Source: Anaerolineae bacterium
GTDB taxonomy: Bacteria; Chloroflexota; Anaerolineae; S140-20
Direction: 5' to 3'
DNA: 59,911 nt
Assembly: GCA_027021705.1 (NCBI GenBank)
Contig: JALUTT010000036.1
Location: 1-59,911, forward strand
Both the position numbers and the translations under genes were made by a program. This document shows positions 8,833-19,015 of the stretch, piece by piece; position 1 is the first letter of the stretch; each line of letters begins with the position of its first letter. Below the pieces are notes generated by a model. The model worked only from the letters and a program-made list of their open reading frames with translations, did no database searches and had not been told where the DNA came from.

Positions 8833-9984
8833 ATGGAACCCATTGATCGCAAACAGGACCTGGAGCAAAGGATCCGGGACGCCTATCGGATCATCCGGGA
8901 GTATGAGGAGAACCTGGTGGGAGAGGATGATCCCCAAAGCAAGGCCCGCTATTGGGAGAGGATTAAGGACGAGTGGGAGCTCATAGACAAGTGGTTGGAG
9001 GAGTATGACCTCCTGTGTGAAAGGCTGTACCAGCGTCCTGCGGCCGATATTGAGGAGATTCGGGCGGTTCGTGCTTCGTATCCGAAATCGCTTAAGCCGG
9101 TTTTTATACCAAGACCCACGTTCTGGACAAGGCTGAGGAGTTTCTTTGCGGATGTCCTGAGAGAATTGGTGGCCAACTGGGTTGCGACCCTCATCCTCGC
9201 CGTCTTCGCCAGCCTCTTTGCGGCGGCGTCGCTCAAAGGATCCCTTCCCTTTCTCGCTTCTTCTACACCTACGCCGACGGTGGCGAGGCCAACCCCTACC
9301 CCTTCGCCGACACCCTCACCGACTTCCACGCCCCGCGCTTCTGCCACACCAACCGCGTCCCCTACGGCGTCCCCCACCCCTTCGCCTACTCCGTCACCTA
9401 CCCGGACGCCGACGCCGACGCCTACCCCGAGCAACCTTGCCACGGCGACCCAATCGGCCAGCATCTTTGCGGCACCTGATGCCAACTCACGGGAGTTGGC
9501 GGTTGTTCGGATAGGCGAACAGGTCACCGTGCTGGGCCGCTCCGCCGCAGGTCGGTGGTTCTACGTTCGCAACTCATCGGGCGTAGAAGGCTTTGCCTAC
9601 GCTCCCCGCTTCGCCTGGTCAGGTGATTTCGAGGCGCTCCCCGTGAAGCCTGCATTGGAGCCCCCGGTGGAACCTCCTTCTGTTCCCGAGGCGCAGCCTG
9701 TGACTCCTTTGGAGATGGACCTCTGGGTGCTCCCCGGCCTGGCCCGGTGCGACCGGATCAACTGGTACCAGACGGTCTACATTGCCGGTCGAGGGGGTAA
9801 CGGCGTCTACACCTACTACTGGAACGGCGAGAAAATGGCCGGCCCAACCGGCGAGAGCTACACCTTTGAGCTCTACCGAGCTACCAGCAATGCCATCATC
9901 GGCACCGGCAAGGTCGTCTCCGGCGATGGGCAGGTGGTCGAGAAAAAGCTCTACGTTCCCGTGCCCGACTGTTTCAACAAGTAG
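8833..9984 (+). CDS. Membrane-anchored protein: N-terminal helical domain, TM helix, Pro/Thr linker, bacterial SH3-like domain
   Basis: GGGAGGGG RBS; TM segment ATLILAVFASLFAAASL; (PT)n linker; G..VTVLGRS...WFYVR....EGF SH3 pattern. Confidence 0.8.
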   Translation: MEPIDRKQDLEQRIRDAYRIIREYEENLVGEDDPQSKARYWERIKDEWELIDKWLEEYDLLCERLYQRPAADIEEIRAVRASYPKSLKPVFIPRPTFWTRLRSFFADVLRELVANWVATLILAVFASLFAAASLKGSLPFLASSTPTPTVARPTPTPSPTPSPTSTPRASATPTASPTASPTPSPTPSPTRTPTPTPTPSNLATATQSASIFAAPDANSRELAVVRIGEQVTVLGRSAAGRWFYVRNSSGVEGFAYAPRFAWSGDFEALPVKPALEPPVEPPSVPEAQPVTPLEMDLWVLPGLARCDRINWYQTVYIAGRGGNGVYTYYWNGEKMAGPTGESYTFELYRATSNAIIGTGKVVSGDGQVVEKKLYVPVPDCFNK

Positions 9985-10064
9985 TCCCGGCCGGTGCGGA
10001 AATGGTTGTAGGGCAGCTCTCCGCTTGTCCTGGGGGGCTGCCCCGACCTTGCTGCAGGAGCAAG

Positions 10065-10874
10065 ATGTCTGACGACGATACCGGGCTCCTCCACGCCGAC
10101 TTGACCTACGAAATCCGAGGGGTGCTGTTCCACGTTGGAAACCACTTGTGGCCGGGCCTGCCCGAGGCAGATTTCCAGCGGGCTGTTAGCATCGGCCTTG
10201 CCCGGCGAGAAATCCCTCACTCCTTGGAGGAGCAGTTCCACGTCCACTACCGTGGCGTTGAGGTTGGGCGGTACTACTGCGATCTCTTCGTGGATGGCAA
10301 GGTAGTCCTGGAGTTGAAGGTTCAACCGGCCTTGACGGGACTCCATCGCGCTCAGCTTCTCTCCTACCTGCGTGTGACCGGTGCCGATGTAGGGTTGCTG
10401 GTCAACTTTGGCGGTCCCAGGGTCGAAATTGAGCGTTATACCCACGTCTATGCTCAACGCCGGCCCGACTTCTCCTGGAGACCGCAGCCCCCGACCGACC
10501 GCGCTCTGCTCTATCCTGATCTCGTGGGACGCTTATACGAGTGTCTGCATCGCGTGCACCACGAGCTTGGCCCTGGATTCTTCCACCACGTCTACCGTCG
10601 TGCTACCCAAGTGGAGATGAATGAACAAGGCATCTCCTACGAGTTTGTGCGTGAGATACCGGTGTTTTACGAAGGACAGTACTTGAGCACCCGGAAGTGT
10701 CGCCTGTTGATCGTGGAGGACAAAGTGATCGTGGCGGCCTTTGCCGTGCGGGAGATGTCGCCGGCCTTCACCGTTAGGATGCGACGCTATCTGGACTACT
10801 TTGGGAAGAAGTTGGGCCTTCTGGCCAACTTTCACGGAAAGCGGCTGGACGTGCGTCCGGTGCGGATTCCGTGA
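10065..10874 (+). CDS. Tandem GxxExxY (PD-(D/E)xK-fold) domain protein
   Basis: Domain 1: PGLPEADF...YCDLFVDGKVVLELK...AQLLSYL...GLLVNFG. Domain 2: LGPGFFHHVY...LLIVEDKVIV...GLLANF. Confidence 0.9.
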   Translation: MSDDDTGLLHADLTYEIRGVLFHVGNHLWPGLPEADFQRAVSIGLARREIPHSLEEQFHVHYRGVEVGRYYCDLFVDGKVVLELKVQPALTGLHRAQLLSYLRVTGADVGLLVNFGGPRVEIERYTHVYAQRRPDFSWRPQPPTDRALLYPDLVGRLYECLHRVHHELGPGFFHHVYRRATQVEMNEQGISYEFVREIPVFYEGQYLSTRKCRLLIVEDKVIVAAFAVREMSPAFTVRMRRYLDYFGKKLGLLANFHGKRLDVRPVRIP

Positions 10875-10875
10875 A

Positions 10876-11435
10876 GGGAGAAAACCGCGGATAGAGAAAT
10901 ACACGATGCCTGCGCTTCTCTCATCATGCCCTTTCCCATCGTGTATTTCTCCGTCGTGCATTTCCCCATCCGAGGCATTCTCCCATCGCACCTTTCCCCA
11001 TCGTACATTTCTCCATCCGAAGCATTCCCCATCCGAGGTATTCTCCCATCGTACCTTTCCCCATCGCACCTTTTCCCATCGTACATTTCTCCATCCGAAG
11101 CATTCCCCATCCGAGGTATTCTCCCATCGCACCTTTCCCCGTCGCATCTTTCCCCATCGTGCATTTCCCCATCCGAGGTATTCTCCCATCGCATCTTTCC
11201 CCATCGTGCATTTCCCCATCCGAGGCATTCTCCCATCGCACCTTTCCCCATCGTACCTTTTCCCATCGTGCATTTCCCCATCCGAGGTATTCTCCCATCG
11301 CATCTTTCCCCATCGTGCATTTCCCCATCCGAGGTATTCTCCCATCGCACCTTTCCCCATCGTACCTTTCCCCATCGTGCATTTCCCCATCCGAGGTATT
11401 CCCCATCCGAAGTATTCCCCATCCGAGGTATGCTC
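10876..11435. repeat. Array of about 32 15-17 bp units with a CCCATC core, preceded by two inverted units
   Basis: Unit A CCCATCG(C/T)(A/G)(C/T)(C/A)TTTC, unit B CCCATCCGA(G/A)G(T/C)ATTC(T); inverted B and A units at 10876-10908. Confidence 0.95.
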
Positions 11436-11542
11436 CCCTACCCAACTCCCCCCCTTCGGAGTATAATTCCCCCCCAGACCCACCTCTCGTTCGATACCCA
11501 TCACACGTCACGTGATACACACCACGCTTGAAGGAGCCCGCG

Positions 11543-13555
11543 ATGACCCCACAGACCATCCCTTCCGAAGACCTGGACCAACTCTGCGTCAACACCATCC
11601 GCTTTCTGGCCGTGGACGCGGTGGAGAAGGCCCGCTCCGGCCATCCCGGCATGCCGATGGGCGCAGCCGACATGGCCTACGTCCTCTGGACCCGCTTCCT
11701 GAAGCACAACCCGGCCAACCCCCGCTGGCCCAACCGAGACCGCTTCGTCCTCTCCGCCGGCCACGGCTCGATGCTCCTCTACAGCCTCCTCTACCTCACC
11801 GGCTACGGCCTTACCTTGGACCACCTCAAGCAGTTCCGCCAGTGGGGCAGCCCCACACCCGGCCACCCCGAGTACGACCCCGCCCTGGGCGTCGAGACGA
11901 CCACCGGCCCCCTGGGCCAGGGCTTCGCCAACGGCGTCGGGATGGCCATCGCCGAGCGCTGGCTGGCCGCCTACTTCAACCGCCCCGGCTTCCCCATCGT
12001 GGACCACTACACCTACGCCATCGTCTCCGACGGCGACCTGATGGAGGGCATCTCCCACGAGGCCGCCTCCCTGGCCGGCCACCTGCGCCTGGGCAAGCTC
12101 ATCTACCTCTACGACGACAACCACATTTCCATTGATGGCCCCACCGACCTGACCTTCACCGAGGACGTGGCGGCCCGCTTCCAGGCCTACGGCTGGCACG
12201 TGCAGCGGGTGGACGGCCACGATCGAGAGGCCATCGCCGCCGCCCTCCAGGCCGCCCGGGCCGAGCGGGAGCGCCCTTCCCTCATCCTCTGCCGAACCCA
12301 CATTGGCTACGGAAGCCCCAACAAGCAGGACAAGGCCGTGGCCCACGGCGCTCCCCTGGGCGAGGAGGAGGTCCGGCTCACCAAGGAGCGCCTGGGCTGG
12401 CCGGCCAACGCCCACTTCCTCGTGCCCGACCAGGTCCTCACCCACTTCCGCAAGGCCCTGGAGCGGGGCGCAGCCTGGGAGGCGGAGTGGCAGGCCCTCT
12501 TCCAGGACTACGCCCGCACCTACCCCGACCTGGCCGAGGCCTGGGAGCGGATGATGGCCGGCGAACTCCCCGACGGCTGGGAATCTGCCTTGCCCACCTT
12601 CCGGCCCGACGACGGCCCCATCGCCACCCGCAAAGCCTCCGGTCAGGTCCTCAACGCCCTGGCCGAAGTCATCCCCAACCTGGTGGGCGGCTCCGCCGAT
12701 CTGAGCGGGTCCAACCAGACCTACTTGAAAGCCTACCCGCCGCTGCGGCCCGACGACTTCGGCGGGCGGAACATCCACTTCGGCGTGCGGGAGCACGGGA
12801 TGGGCGGCATCCTGAACGGGATCGCCCTGCACGGCGGACTGCGTCCCTACGGCGGCACCTTCCTCGTCTTCTCCGACTACATGCGCCCCCCCATCCGGCT
12901 GGCGGCGATGATGAAGCTGCCCGTCGTCTACGTCTTCACCCACGACAGCCTCTGGATCGGTCAGGACGGCCCCACCCACCAGCCGGTGGAGCAGTTGGCC
13001 GGACTGCGGGCCATCCCCAACCTGGTCGTCATCCGGCCGGCCGACGCCAACGAGGTCGCCGCTGCCTGGAAGGTAGCCCTCACCCGCCGGGATGGACCCA
13101 CCGCCCTCATCCTGACCCGCCAGGGCCTGCCCATCCTGGACCGCAGCCACCTGGCCCCGGCCTCCGAACTGGCCCGGGGGGCCTACATCCTCTCCGACCG
13201 GGAGGACCCCCAGATCATCCTCATCGGCACCGGCTCCGAGGTCGCCCTGGTGCTGGAGGCCCAGGCCCGGCTGGACGAGATGGGCGTGCGGGCCCGCGTC
13301 GTCAGCATGCCCAGTTGGGAGCTCTTCGAGGCCCAGCCGCCCTCCTACCGGGAGCACGTGTTGCCCCTCTCCATCCCGCGCCGGCTGGCCGTCGAAGCCG
13401 CCGTCAGCCTGGGGTGGGAGCGCTTCGTGGGACCCCAGGGGGACGTCCTCGGCGTCGAGCGCTTCGGGGCCTCCGCGCCCTACCAGGTCCTGATGGAAAA
13501 GTACGGCTTCACCGTCGAGAGCGTGGTGGAGCGGGCCTGGGCCCTGTTGGGGTAG
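11543..13555 (+). CDS. tkt: Transketolase
   Basis: [59 protein letters not shown]. Confidence 0.98.
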   Translation: MTPQTIPSEDLDQLCVNTIRFLAVDAVEKARSGHPGMPMGAADMAYVLWTRFLKHNPANPRWPNRDRFVLSAGHGSMLLYSLLYLTGYGLTLDHLKQFRQWGSPTPGHPEYDPALGVETTTGPLGQGFANGVGMAIAERWLAAYFNRPGFPIVDHYTYAIVSDGDLMEGISHEAASLAGHLRLGKLIYLYDDNHISIDGPTDLTFTEDVAARFQAYGWHVQRVDGHDREAIAAALQAARAERERPSLILCRTHIGYGSPNKQDKAVAHGAPLGEEEVRLTKERLGWPANAHFLVPDQVLTHFRKALERGAAWEAEWQALFQDYARTYPDLAEAWERMMAGELPDGWESALPTFRPDDGPIATRKASGQVLNALAEVIPNLVGGSADLSGSNQTYLKAYPPLRPDDFGGRNIHFGVREHGMGGILNGIALHGGLRPYGGTFLVFSDYMRPPIRLAAMMKLPVVYVFTHDSLWIGQDGPTHQPVEQLAGLRAIPNLVVIRPADANEVAAAWKVALTRRDGPTALILTRQGLPILDRSHLAPASELARGAYILSDREDPQIILIGTGSEVALVLEAQARLDEMGVRARVVSMPSWELFEAQPPSYREHVLPLSIPRRLAVEAAVSLGWERFVGPQGDVLGVERFGASAPYQVLMEKYGFTVESVVERAWALLG

Positions 13556-13752
13556 AGCGCGGTTGGGGGCGATCGGGGGCGATGCACTCGGTGGAGGCGT
13601 CGCCCCTTCCTGCTCTTACCGATTTCTAACGGCTGCGCGACCATCTTGATAGTTTTTGACAGTCGCCCCGTGGTATACTACAGGCGCTGATACCCAGAAG
13701 CCTCAACGATCCGTTGAGGCTTTTTCGTGCCTTTGTCGCGACCAGAGGGAGC

Positions 13753-15069
13753 ATGGACCGATCGTCACGGCTGCCCGGCTTCTACCAACGACCGCTGGAG
13801 GAGCGACTGGAGATCGTCGCCGCCTGGGCGGGCCTCACCGACGAGGAGAAGGCCGTGCTCCAGGGGACGGCCGGCCTCTCCCCCCGGCGGGCCGACCGGA
13901 TGATCGAGAACGCCGTCGGCCTCTTCGGCCTGCCCCTGGGCATCGCCGTCAACTTCCGGGTCAACGGGCGGGACCGGCTGATCCCGATGGCCATCGAAGA
14001 GCCCTCCGTCGTCGCCGGGGCCAGCTTCGCCGCCCGGCTGGTCCGGGAAGGCGGGGGCTTCCAGGCCCACGCCACCGACCCGGTGATGATCGGCCAGATC
14101 CAGGTCCTCGACCTGGCCGATCCCTGGGCCGCCCGTTTCGACCTGTTGGCAGAGAAGGCGCGGCTGTTGCAACGGGCCAGCGAGACCGCCCCCACCACCG
14201 TCCGGCGTGGTGGCGGCGCCCGGGACCTGGAGGTGCGGATCGTGGAGCACCCGGTCACCGGGCCGATGCTCGTCGTCCACCTGCTCTTCGACTGCCGGGA
14301 CGCTATGGGGGCCAACACCGTCAACACCGCCGTCGAGGCGCTGGCCCCGCTGGTGGAGCAGATCACGGGCGGACGGGTGCGGCTGCGCATCCTGAGCAAC
14401 CTGGCCGACCGACGGCTGGCGCGGGCCCGCTGTACCGTCCCTGCCGCTGCCCTCGCCTTCGACGGCTTCAGCGGTGACGAAGTCGTCCGGGGCATCGTCG
14501 AGGCCTGGGCCTTCGCCGCCGCCGATCCCTACCGGGCCGCTACCCACAACAAGGGGATTATGAACGGGGTAGACGCCGTCGTCATCGCCACCGGCAACGA
14601 CTGGCGGGCCGTCGAGGCGGGAGCCCACGCCTACGCGGCCCGTTCCGGGCGCTACACCAGCCTCAGCACCTGGGGAACCGACGCCGAGGGCAACCTGGTG
14701 GGCACCCTGGAACTTCCCCTGGCCTTGGGCATCGTCGGGGGGGCGACCCGGACCCACCCCGTTGCCCGCGTCGCCCTCAAGCTTCTGGGCGTCGAGACGG
14801 CGCGGGAGCTGGCCGAGATCGTCGCCGCCGTGGGGTTGGCCCAGAACCTGGCCGCCCTCCGGGCTCTGGCCACCGAGGGGATCCAGCGGGGCCACATGGC
14901 CCTCCACGCCCGCCAGGTCGCCCTGGCCGCCGGCGCCCCCGAGGCCCTGGCCCAGCAGATCGCCGACCGTATGGTCGCCGAGGGCAACATCCGGCTCGAC
15001 CGGGCCGAGGCCATCTTGGAGGAATTGGGTCACCTCCGGCAGGAGCCCGGCGCTAGGCGTGAGGCGTGA
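13753..15069 (+). CDS. mvaA: Hydroxymethylglutaryl-CoA reductase, class II
   Basis: MIENAVG...PLG, PMAIEEPSVVA, DAMGAN, ATHNKGIMNG, EGIQRGHM. Confidence 0.95.
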   Translation: MDRSSRLPGFYQRPLEERLEIVAAWAGLTDEEKAVLQGTAGLSPRRADRMIENAVGLFGLPLGIAVNFRVNGRDRLIPMAIEEPSVVAGASFAARLVREGGGFQAHATDPVMIGQIQVLDLADPWAARFDLLAEKARLLQRASETAPTTVRRGGGARDLEVRIVEHPVTGPMLVVHLLFDCRDAMGANTVNTAVEALAPLVEQITGGRVRLRILSNLADRRLARARCTVPAAALAFDGFSGDEVVRGIVEAWAFAAADPYRAATHNKGIMNGVDAVVIATGNDWRAVEAGAHAYAARSGRYTSLSTWGTDAEGNLVGTLELPLALGIVGGATRTHPVARVALKLLGVETARELAEIVAAVGLAQNLAALRALATEGIQRGHMALHARQVALAAGAPEALAQQIADRMVAEGNIRLDRAEAILEELGHLRQEPGARREA

Positions 15070-15187
15070 TGCGTGTTACGTGATCGTTGTCCCGTGCACC
15101 CTTGCAACGTGACCCTTGCACCTTGTCCCTTGCACCTTGACCCTTGCGACTTGTCCCTTGCACCTTGCACCCTGCAGCTCGTAACGC
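15057..15187. repeat. Heptamer tracts (GCGTGAN, then CCCTTGC/ACCTTGN) between HMG-CoA reductase and HMG-CoA synthase
   Basis: gcgtgag gcgtgat gcgtgtt acgtgat ... cccttgc accttgt cccttgc accttga. Confidence 0.8.
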
Positions 15188-15197
15188 GAGGAGCCCT

Positions 15198-16271
15198 ATG
15201 CGACTGTTACGCCCAGCCCGTCCTGTAGGCATCGTCGGTTACGGCGCTTACGTGCCTCGCTACCGGCTGCCGGCCACCGAGGTCAGCCGAATCTGGCGGG
15301 GGGAGCCCGCCCCCGGACCGGTGCGGGAGAAAGCCGTCCCCGGCCTGGATGAGGACGTGGTCACCATGTCCATCGAGGCGGCCCGCAACGCCCTGGCTCG
15401 GGCCGACCATCTGGACCCCCAGGCCATCCGGGCCGTCTGGGTGGGCAGCGAATCCCATCCCTACGCCGTCAAACCCACGGGCACCATCGTGGCCGAGGCC
15501 CTGGGCATCACCCCCTACACCCAGGCGGGCGACTGGGAGTTCGCCTGCAAGGCGGGCACCGAGGCCATCCAGGCCGCCATCGGCTTCATCGGCAGCGGTA
15601 TGGCCGACTACGCCTTGGTCATCGGGATGGACACGGCCCAGGGGCGGCCCGGCGATGCGCTGGAGTACACGGCGGCCGCCGGGGGAGCGGCCTACCTGCT
15701 GGGAGCCGCCACGGGCGAGCCCGACCAGATCGAACCGCTGGCCCGCTTCCTGGGCTCCCTCTCCTACGTGACCGACACGCCTGATTTCTGGCGGCGGGCC
15801 TACCAGCACTACCCTTCCCACGGGGCCCGTTTCACGGGCGAGCCGGCTTACTTCCACCACATCGAGTCGGCGGCGGCCGCGCTGATGGAGGAGCTGGGCC
15901 TGCGGCCGGCCGACTTCACCTACGCCGTCTTCCACCAGCCCAACGCCAAGTTCCCCCGCCAGGTGGGGAAACGACTGGGCTTCAAGCCGGAGCAACTGGC
16001 CCCCGGCCTGCTGGTGGACGTCATCGGCAACACCTACGCCGGCTCCTCCCTCATCGGCCTCACGTCCATCCTGGACGTGGCGCAGCCGGGGGATCGGATC
16101 CTCCTGGTCTCCTTCGGCTCCGGGGCCGGCTCCGACGCCTTTGCCCTGGAGGTCACCCCGGCCATCGAGGAGCGGCGGGACCGGGCGCCGGCCACCCGGG
16201 ACTACGTGGCTCGGCGCAAAGAGGTGGACTACGCCCTTTACGTCCGTTTCCGCCGCAAGCTGCAGATGTGA
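15198..16271 (+). CDS. Hydroxymethylglutaryl-CoA synthase, archaeal type
   Basis: [55 protein letters not shown]. Confidence 0.93.
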   Translation: MRLLRPARPVGIVGYGAYVPRYRLPATEVSRIWRGEPAPGPVREKAVPGLDEDVVTMSIEAARNALARADHLDPQAIRAVWVGSESHPYAVKPTGTIVAEALGITPYTQAGDWEFACKAGTEAIQAAIGFIGSGMADYALVIGMDTAQGRPGDALEYTAAAGGAAYLLGAATGEPDQIEPLARFLGSLSYVTDTPDFWRRAYQHYPSHGARFTGEPAYFHHIESAAAALMEELGLRPADFTYAVFHQPNAKFPRQVGKRLGFKPEQLAPGLLVDVIGNTYAGSSLIGLTSILDVAQPGDRILLVSFGSGAGSDAFALEVTPAIEERRDRAPATRDYVARRKEVDYALYVRFRRKLQM

Positions 16272-16301
16272 TCCATTCCAGCAACCGCCTGCGAGTCTCC
16301 T

Positions 16302-17459
16302 ATGCGCGACGTCAGCATCATCGGGATCGGACAGACGAAAGTCGGTGAGCACTGGGATACCTCGATACGCCACCTGGCCTGGTACGCGGTCCAGGCGGCG
16401 ATGAAGGACGCCGGCATCGAGCGGGCCGACGCCCTCTACGTGGGGAACATGCTCTCCGGCGAACTGAGCGGTCAGGAGCACCTGGGGGCGCTGGTCGCCG
16501 ACTTCGCCGGCCTGCAGGGCATCGAAGCGGTCAAGATCGAGGCCGCCTGCGCGTCCGGCGCGGCGGCCCTGCGGATGGGGTACATCGCCGTTGCCGGCGG
16601 GATGGCCGATGTGGTCATCGTCGTCGGGGTCGAGAAGATGACCGACCGCCCCGGCCCGGAGGTCACCTCGGCGCTGGCAATGGCGGCCGACGCCGACTAC
16701 GAGGTGCTGCACGGCGTCTCCTTTGTGGCCCTGAACGCCCTCCTGATGCAGCGCTACATGCACGAGTACGGCTATGCCCACGAGGATTTCGCCCCCTTTG
16801 CGGTCAACGCTCACCGCAACGCCGTGCACAACCCTTACGCGATGTTTCCCTTTCCCATCACCCGGGAGCGTTTCCTGGCAGCCCGGATGATCGCCTCGCC
16901 CATCAACCTGCTTGACTCCTCGCCCATCTGCGATGGGGCGGCGGCGGTCATCCTTTGTCCGACGGAGCAGGCCCGGGCCTACACGGACAAGGCCGTGCGC
17001 ATTGCCGCTTCCGCCATCGCCACCGACACCGTGGCCGTCCACGACCGGCGGGACCCCCTCTTCCTGGAGGGGGCTGCCCTCTCCGCCCGGCGGGCCTACA
17101 AACAGGCGGGCGTCACGCCCCAGGAGATTGACTTCTTCGAGCTGCACGACGCCTTCACCATCATGTCGGCCCTATCGCTGGAGGCGGCCGGCTTCGCCGA
17201 GCGGGGGCAGGGGGTCCGGCTGGCGCTGGAGGGGGAGATCACCCTGGAAGGCCGCATCCCCATCTGCACGATGGGGGGGCTCAAGGCCCGGGGCCATCCC
17301 GTCGGGGCCACGGGCGTCTACCAGGTCGTCGAGGCGGCGTTGCAGCTCCGGGGTGAGGCAGGACCCAATCAACTGCCCAACGCCCGGCTGGGGATGACCC
17401 AGAACATCGGGGGCAGCGGTGCCACCGTCGTCACCCACATCTTGGAGCGGCTGGCTTGA
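16302..17459 (+). CDS. Acetyl-CoA acetyltransferase (archaeal/SCP2-type thiolase)
   Basis: IEAACASG, GVEKM, ELHDAFT, GGLKARGHPVGATG, QNIGG. Confidence 0.93.
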   Translation: MRDVSIIGIGQTKVGEHWDTSIRHLAWYAVQAAMKDAGIERADALYVGNMLSGELSGQEHLGALVADFAGLQGIEAVKIEAACASGAAALRMGYIAVAGGMADVVIVVGVEKMTDRPGPEVTSALAMAADADYEVLHGVSFVALNALLMQRYMHEYGYAHEDFAPFAVNAHRNAVHNPYAMFPFPITRERFLAARMIASPINLLDSSPICDGAAAVILCPTEQARAYTDKAVRIAASAIATDTVAVHDRRDPLFLEGAALSARRAYKQAGVTPQEIDFFELHDAFTIMSALSLEAAGFAERGQGVRLALEGEITLEGRIPICTMGGLKARGHPVGATGVYQVVEAALQLRGEAGPNQLPNARLGMTQNIGGSGATVVTHILERLA

Positions 17460-17475
17460 TGCCCTGGGGGAGGCC

Positions 17476-17673
17476 GACCGCCGACCGCCGACCGCCGACC
17501 TAGCGGCCTAGCAGCCTAGCGGCCTAGCAGCGGACCGAGGACTGAGGACTGAGGACCAAGGACTCCATCCGACCACCTGACCACCCGACCAAGCGACCAA
17601 CCGACCAAGCGACCAAGTGACCACTTGACCACCCGACCAAATGACCACCCGACCACCTGACCGAGCGACCAAG
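17476..17673. repeat. Mixed 7-mer (GACCGCC, GACTGAG) and 8-mer (GACCANNN, about 13 units) tandem tract
   Basis: Read directly between thiolase and DUF35. Confidence 0.9.
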
Positions 17674-17695
17674 AAGAGAAGAGAGGAGGACGATC

Positions 17696-18109
17696 ATGCA
17701 AACACCACGGTATTGGCGCAATCGGAACGAACGGTACAGTTTGGTGGGCGAGGTTTGCGATAAGTGCGGGCTGCACATCTTTCCGCCCCGGGACGTCTGC
17801 CCGGAGTGTGAAGCTCCTGCCAAGACGGCGCACACCTTCGCCGGTCTGGGCGAGGTCTACGCTTTCAGCACGGTCTACCAGGCTCCGGAGGAGTTCCAGG
17901 AGTATGCTCCCTACACCGTCGCGCTGATCCGCCTGGAGGAAGGGCCTCTGGTGACCGCCCAGCTCACCGACGTGGACCCGGACGAGGTGGAAGTGGGGAT
18001 GCCGGTGGAGATGGTCACCCGCCGGTTGCGGACGGATGGGGAGGAGGGGGTGATCGTCTACGGCTACAAGTTCCGCCCGCGCCTGATGTCCGCCGCCTCC
18101 CCCGGCTAG
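17696..18109 (+). CDS. DUF35 Zn-ribbon/OB-fold protein (thiolase-HMGCS scaffold)
   Basis: CDKCG...FPPRDVCPEC; G.VYAFSTV; YGYKFRP; operon context. Confidence 0.92.
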   Translation: MQTPRYWRNRNERYSLVGEVCDKCGLHIFPPRDVCPECEAPAKTAHTFAGLGEVYAFSTVYQAPEEFQEYAPYTVALIRLEEGPLVTAQLTDVDPDEVEVGMPVEMVTRRLRTDGEEGVIVYGYKFRPRLMSAASPG

Positions 18110-18174
18110 GCAGAGAGGGACAAAATAGGACACGGATGAGCGCGGATTGGTCGGTTGGGCACGGATCTATATCC

Positions 18175-18341
18175 GCGGTGATTACCCATATCTCAGGAAT
18201 CTGCCCGGCCCGCCCGGACCTGGAAGGTCCGGGCTGAGAGAAACAAAGCCCTAACGGGCTGTCTCGCAGCCCCCGGAGGGGGCTTTCCCTTTCTCAGCCG
18301 GGCGGTTTAGCGCCCGGCGTCGACTTATGGGTAATCACCGC
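18175..18341. mobile_element. MITE with TIR GCGGTGATTACCCATA and TATATCC target-site duplication
   Basis: 16-bp perfect TIR; TATATCC at 18168-18174 and 18342-18348; no ORF; internal hairpins. Confidence 0.8.
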
Positions 18342-18370
18342 TATATCCTTCTTGACAAGCTATATCCTTC

Positions 18371-18399
18371 TTGACAAAACAGGTGTTCCAAGGCACAAT
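18371..18399 (+). promoter_or_regulatory. Promoter of the TA pair, with a LexA-like box in the spacer
   Basis: TTGACA-17 nt-CACAAT; AAAC-AGGT-GTTC at 18377-18388. Confidence 0.5.
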
Positions 18400-18497
18400 A
18401 GGGCTGGTGGTTACCCCCAGGTCTCCCCAACTGCGGGCCGGGTGCTGAATCGCTCCCGGTAAGCAGGATGGGGGTGAGGGAGCAAAGGAGGTGCCCT

Positions 18498-18746
18498 GTG
18501 GTAGGGCTGGACCGCATCACATTTGACCCAAACGTGATGGGAGGACGTGCCTGCATACGAGGGATGCGGGTAACGGTTTCATTGATCGTTAATCTGGTGG
18601 CGAATGGGATGAGCGTAGAGGAGATTTTGGAAGCCTATCCGTACTTGGAGGCCGAGGACATCCGACAGGCGTTGCAGTACGCGGCGATGTTAGCGGAAGA
18701 GAGCGTCTATGCCTTGGAGATAGCGGAGCATGAAGTTTCTGGCTGA
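18498..18746 (+). CDS. DUF433 family antitoxin
   Basis: RITFDPNVMGGRACIRGMRVTV...EEILEAYPYLEAEDIRQALQYA; AGGAGG RBS and GTG start. Confidence 0.92.
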   Translation: MVGLDRITFDPNVMGGRACIRGMRVTVSLIVNLVANGMSVEEILEAYPYLEAEDIRQALQYAAMLAEESVYALEIAEHEVSG

Positions 18747-18834
18747 TATGGGCATATCGCCACGGAGTGTAGAGTACCTGCTTCGTACATCCCCCCTTTT
18801 ACCGTTTTCTTACCCACTTCTGACATCCCCCTGA
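18730..18834 (+). pseudogene. Truncated DUF5615 PIN-like toxin
   Basis: MKFLADMGISPRSVEYL matches the family N-terminus and overlaps the antitoxin end; unrelated sequence follows, with a stop at codon 35. Confidence 0.75.
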
Positions 18835-18863
18835 TTGAAAGCCTTCCCCCTTTGTGCTATACT
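18835..18863 (+). promoter_or_regulatory. Sigma70 promoter of the response regulator gene
   Basis: TTGAAA-17 nt-TATACT with extended -10 TG. Confidence 0.7.
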
Positions 18864-19015
18864 GCTGAAGAGTCAAATCCCGCATCTGTCGTGTATGTGC
18901 CTCAGCGCTGTCAGCTTTACGACGGTGCTGAGGGAAGGCGGTCTTTGCACCGCTAACGTCACGGCAGTGCCGGCAGTCAGCCCTTGTACCCTCTTGCGGC
19001 GCGGAGGAAGCCCCA

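Noticed and set aside
10533..11673. Several 118-323 aa ORFs on both strands
   Set aside because: They are translations of the largely stop-free CCCATC array; low complexity and no RBS
13656..13679. TTGACA/TATACT pair as a canonical promoter for the mevalonate operon
   Set aside because: The spacer is only 12 nt; only the extended -10 is credible
18410..18480. Hairpin upstream of DUF433 as a riboswitch
   Set aside because: No recognisable aptamer; it resembles a generic CCCCC/GGGGG REP-like palindrome
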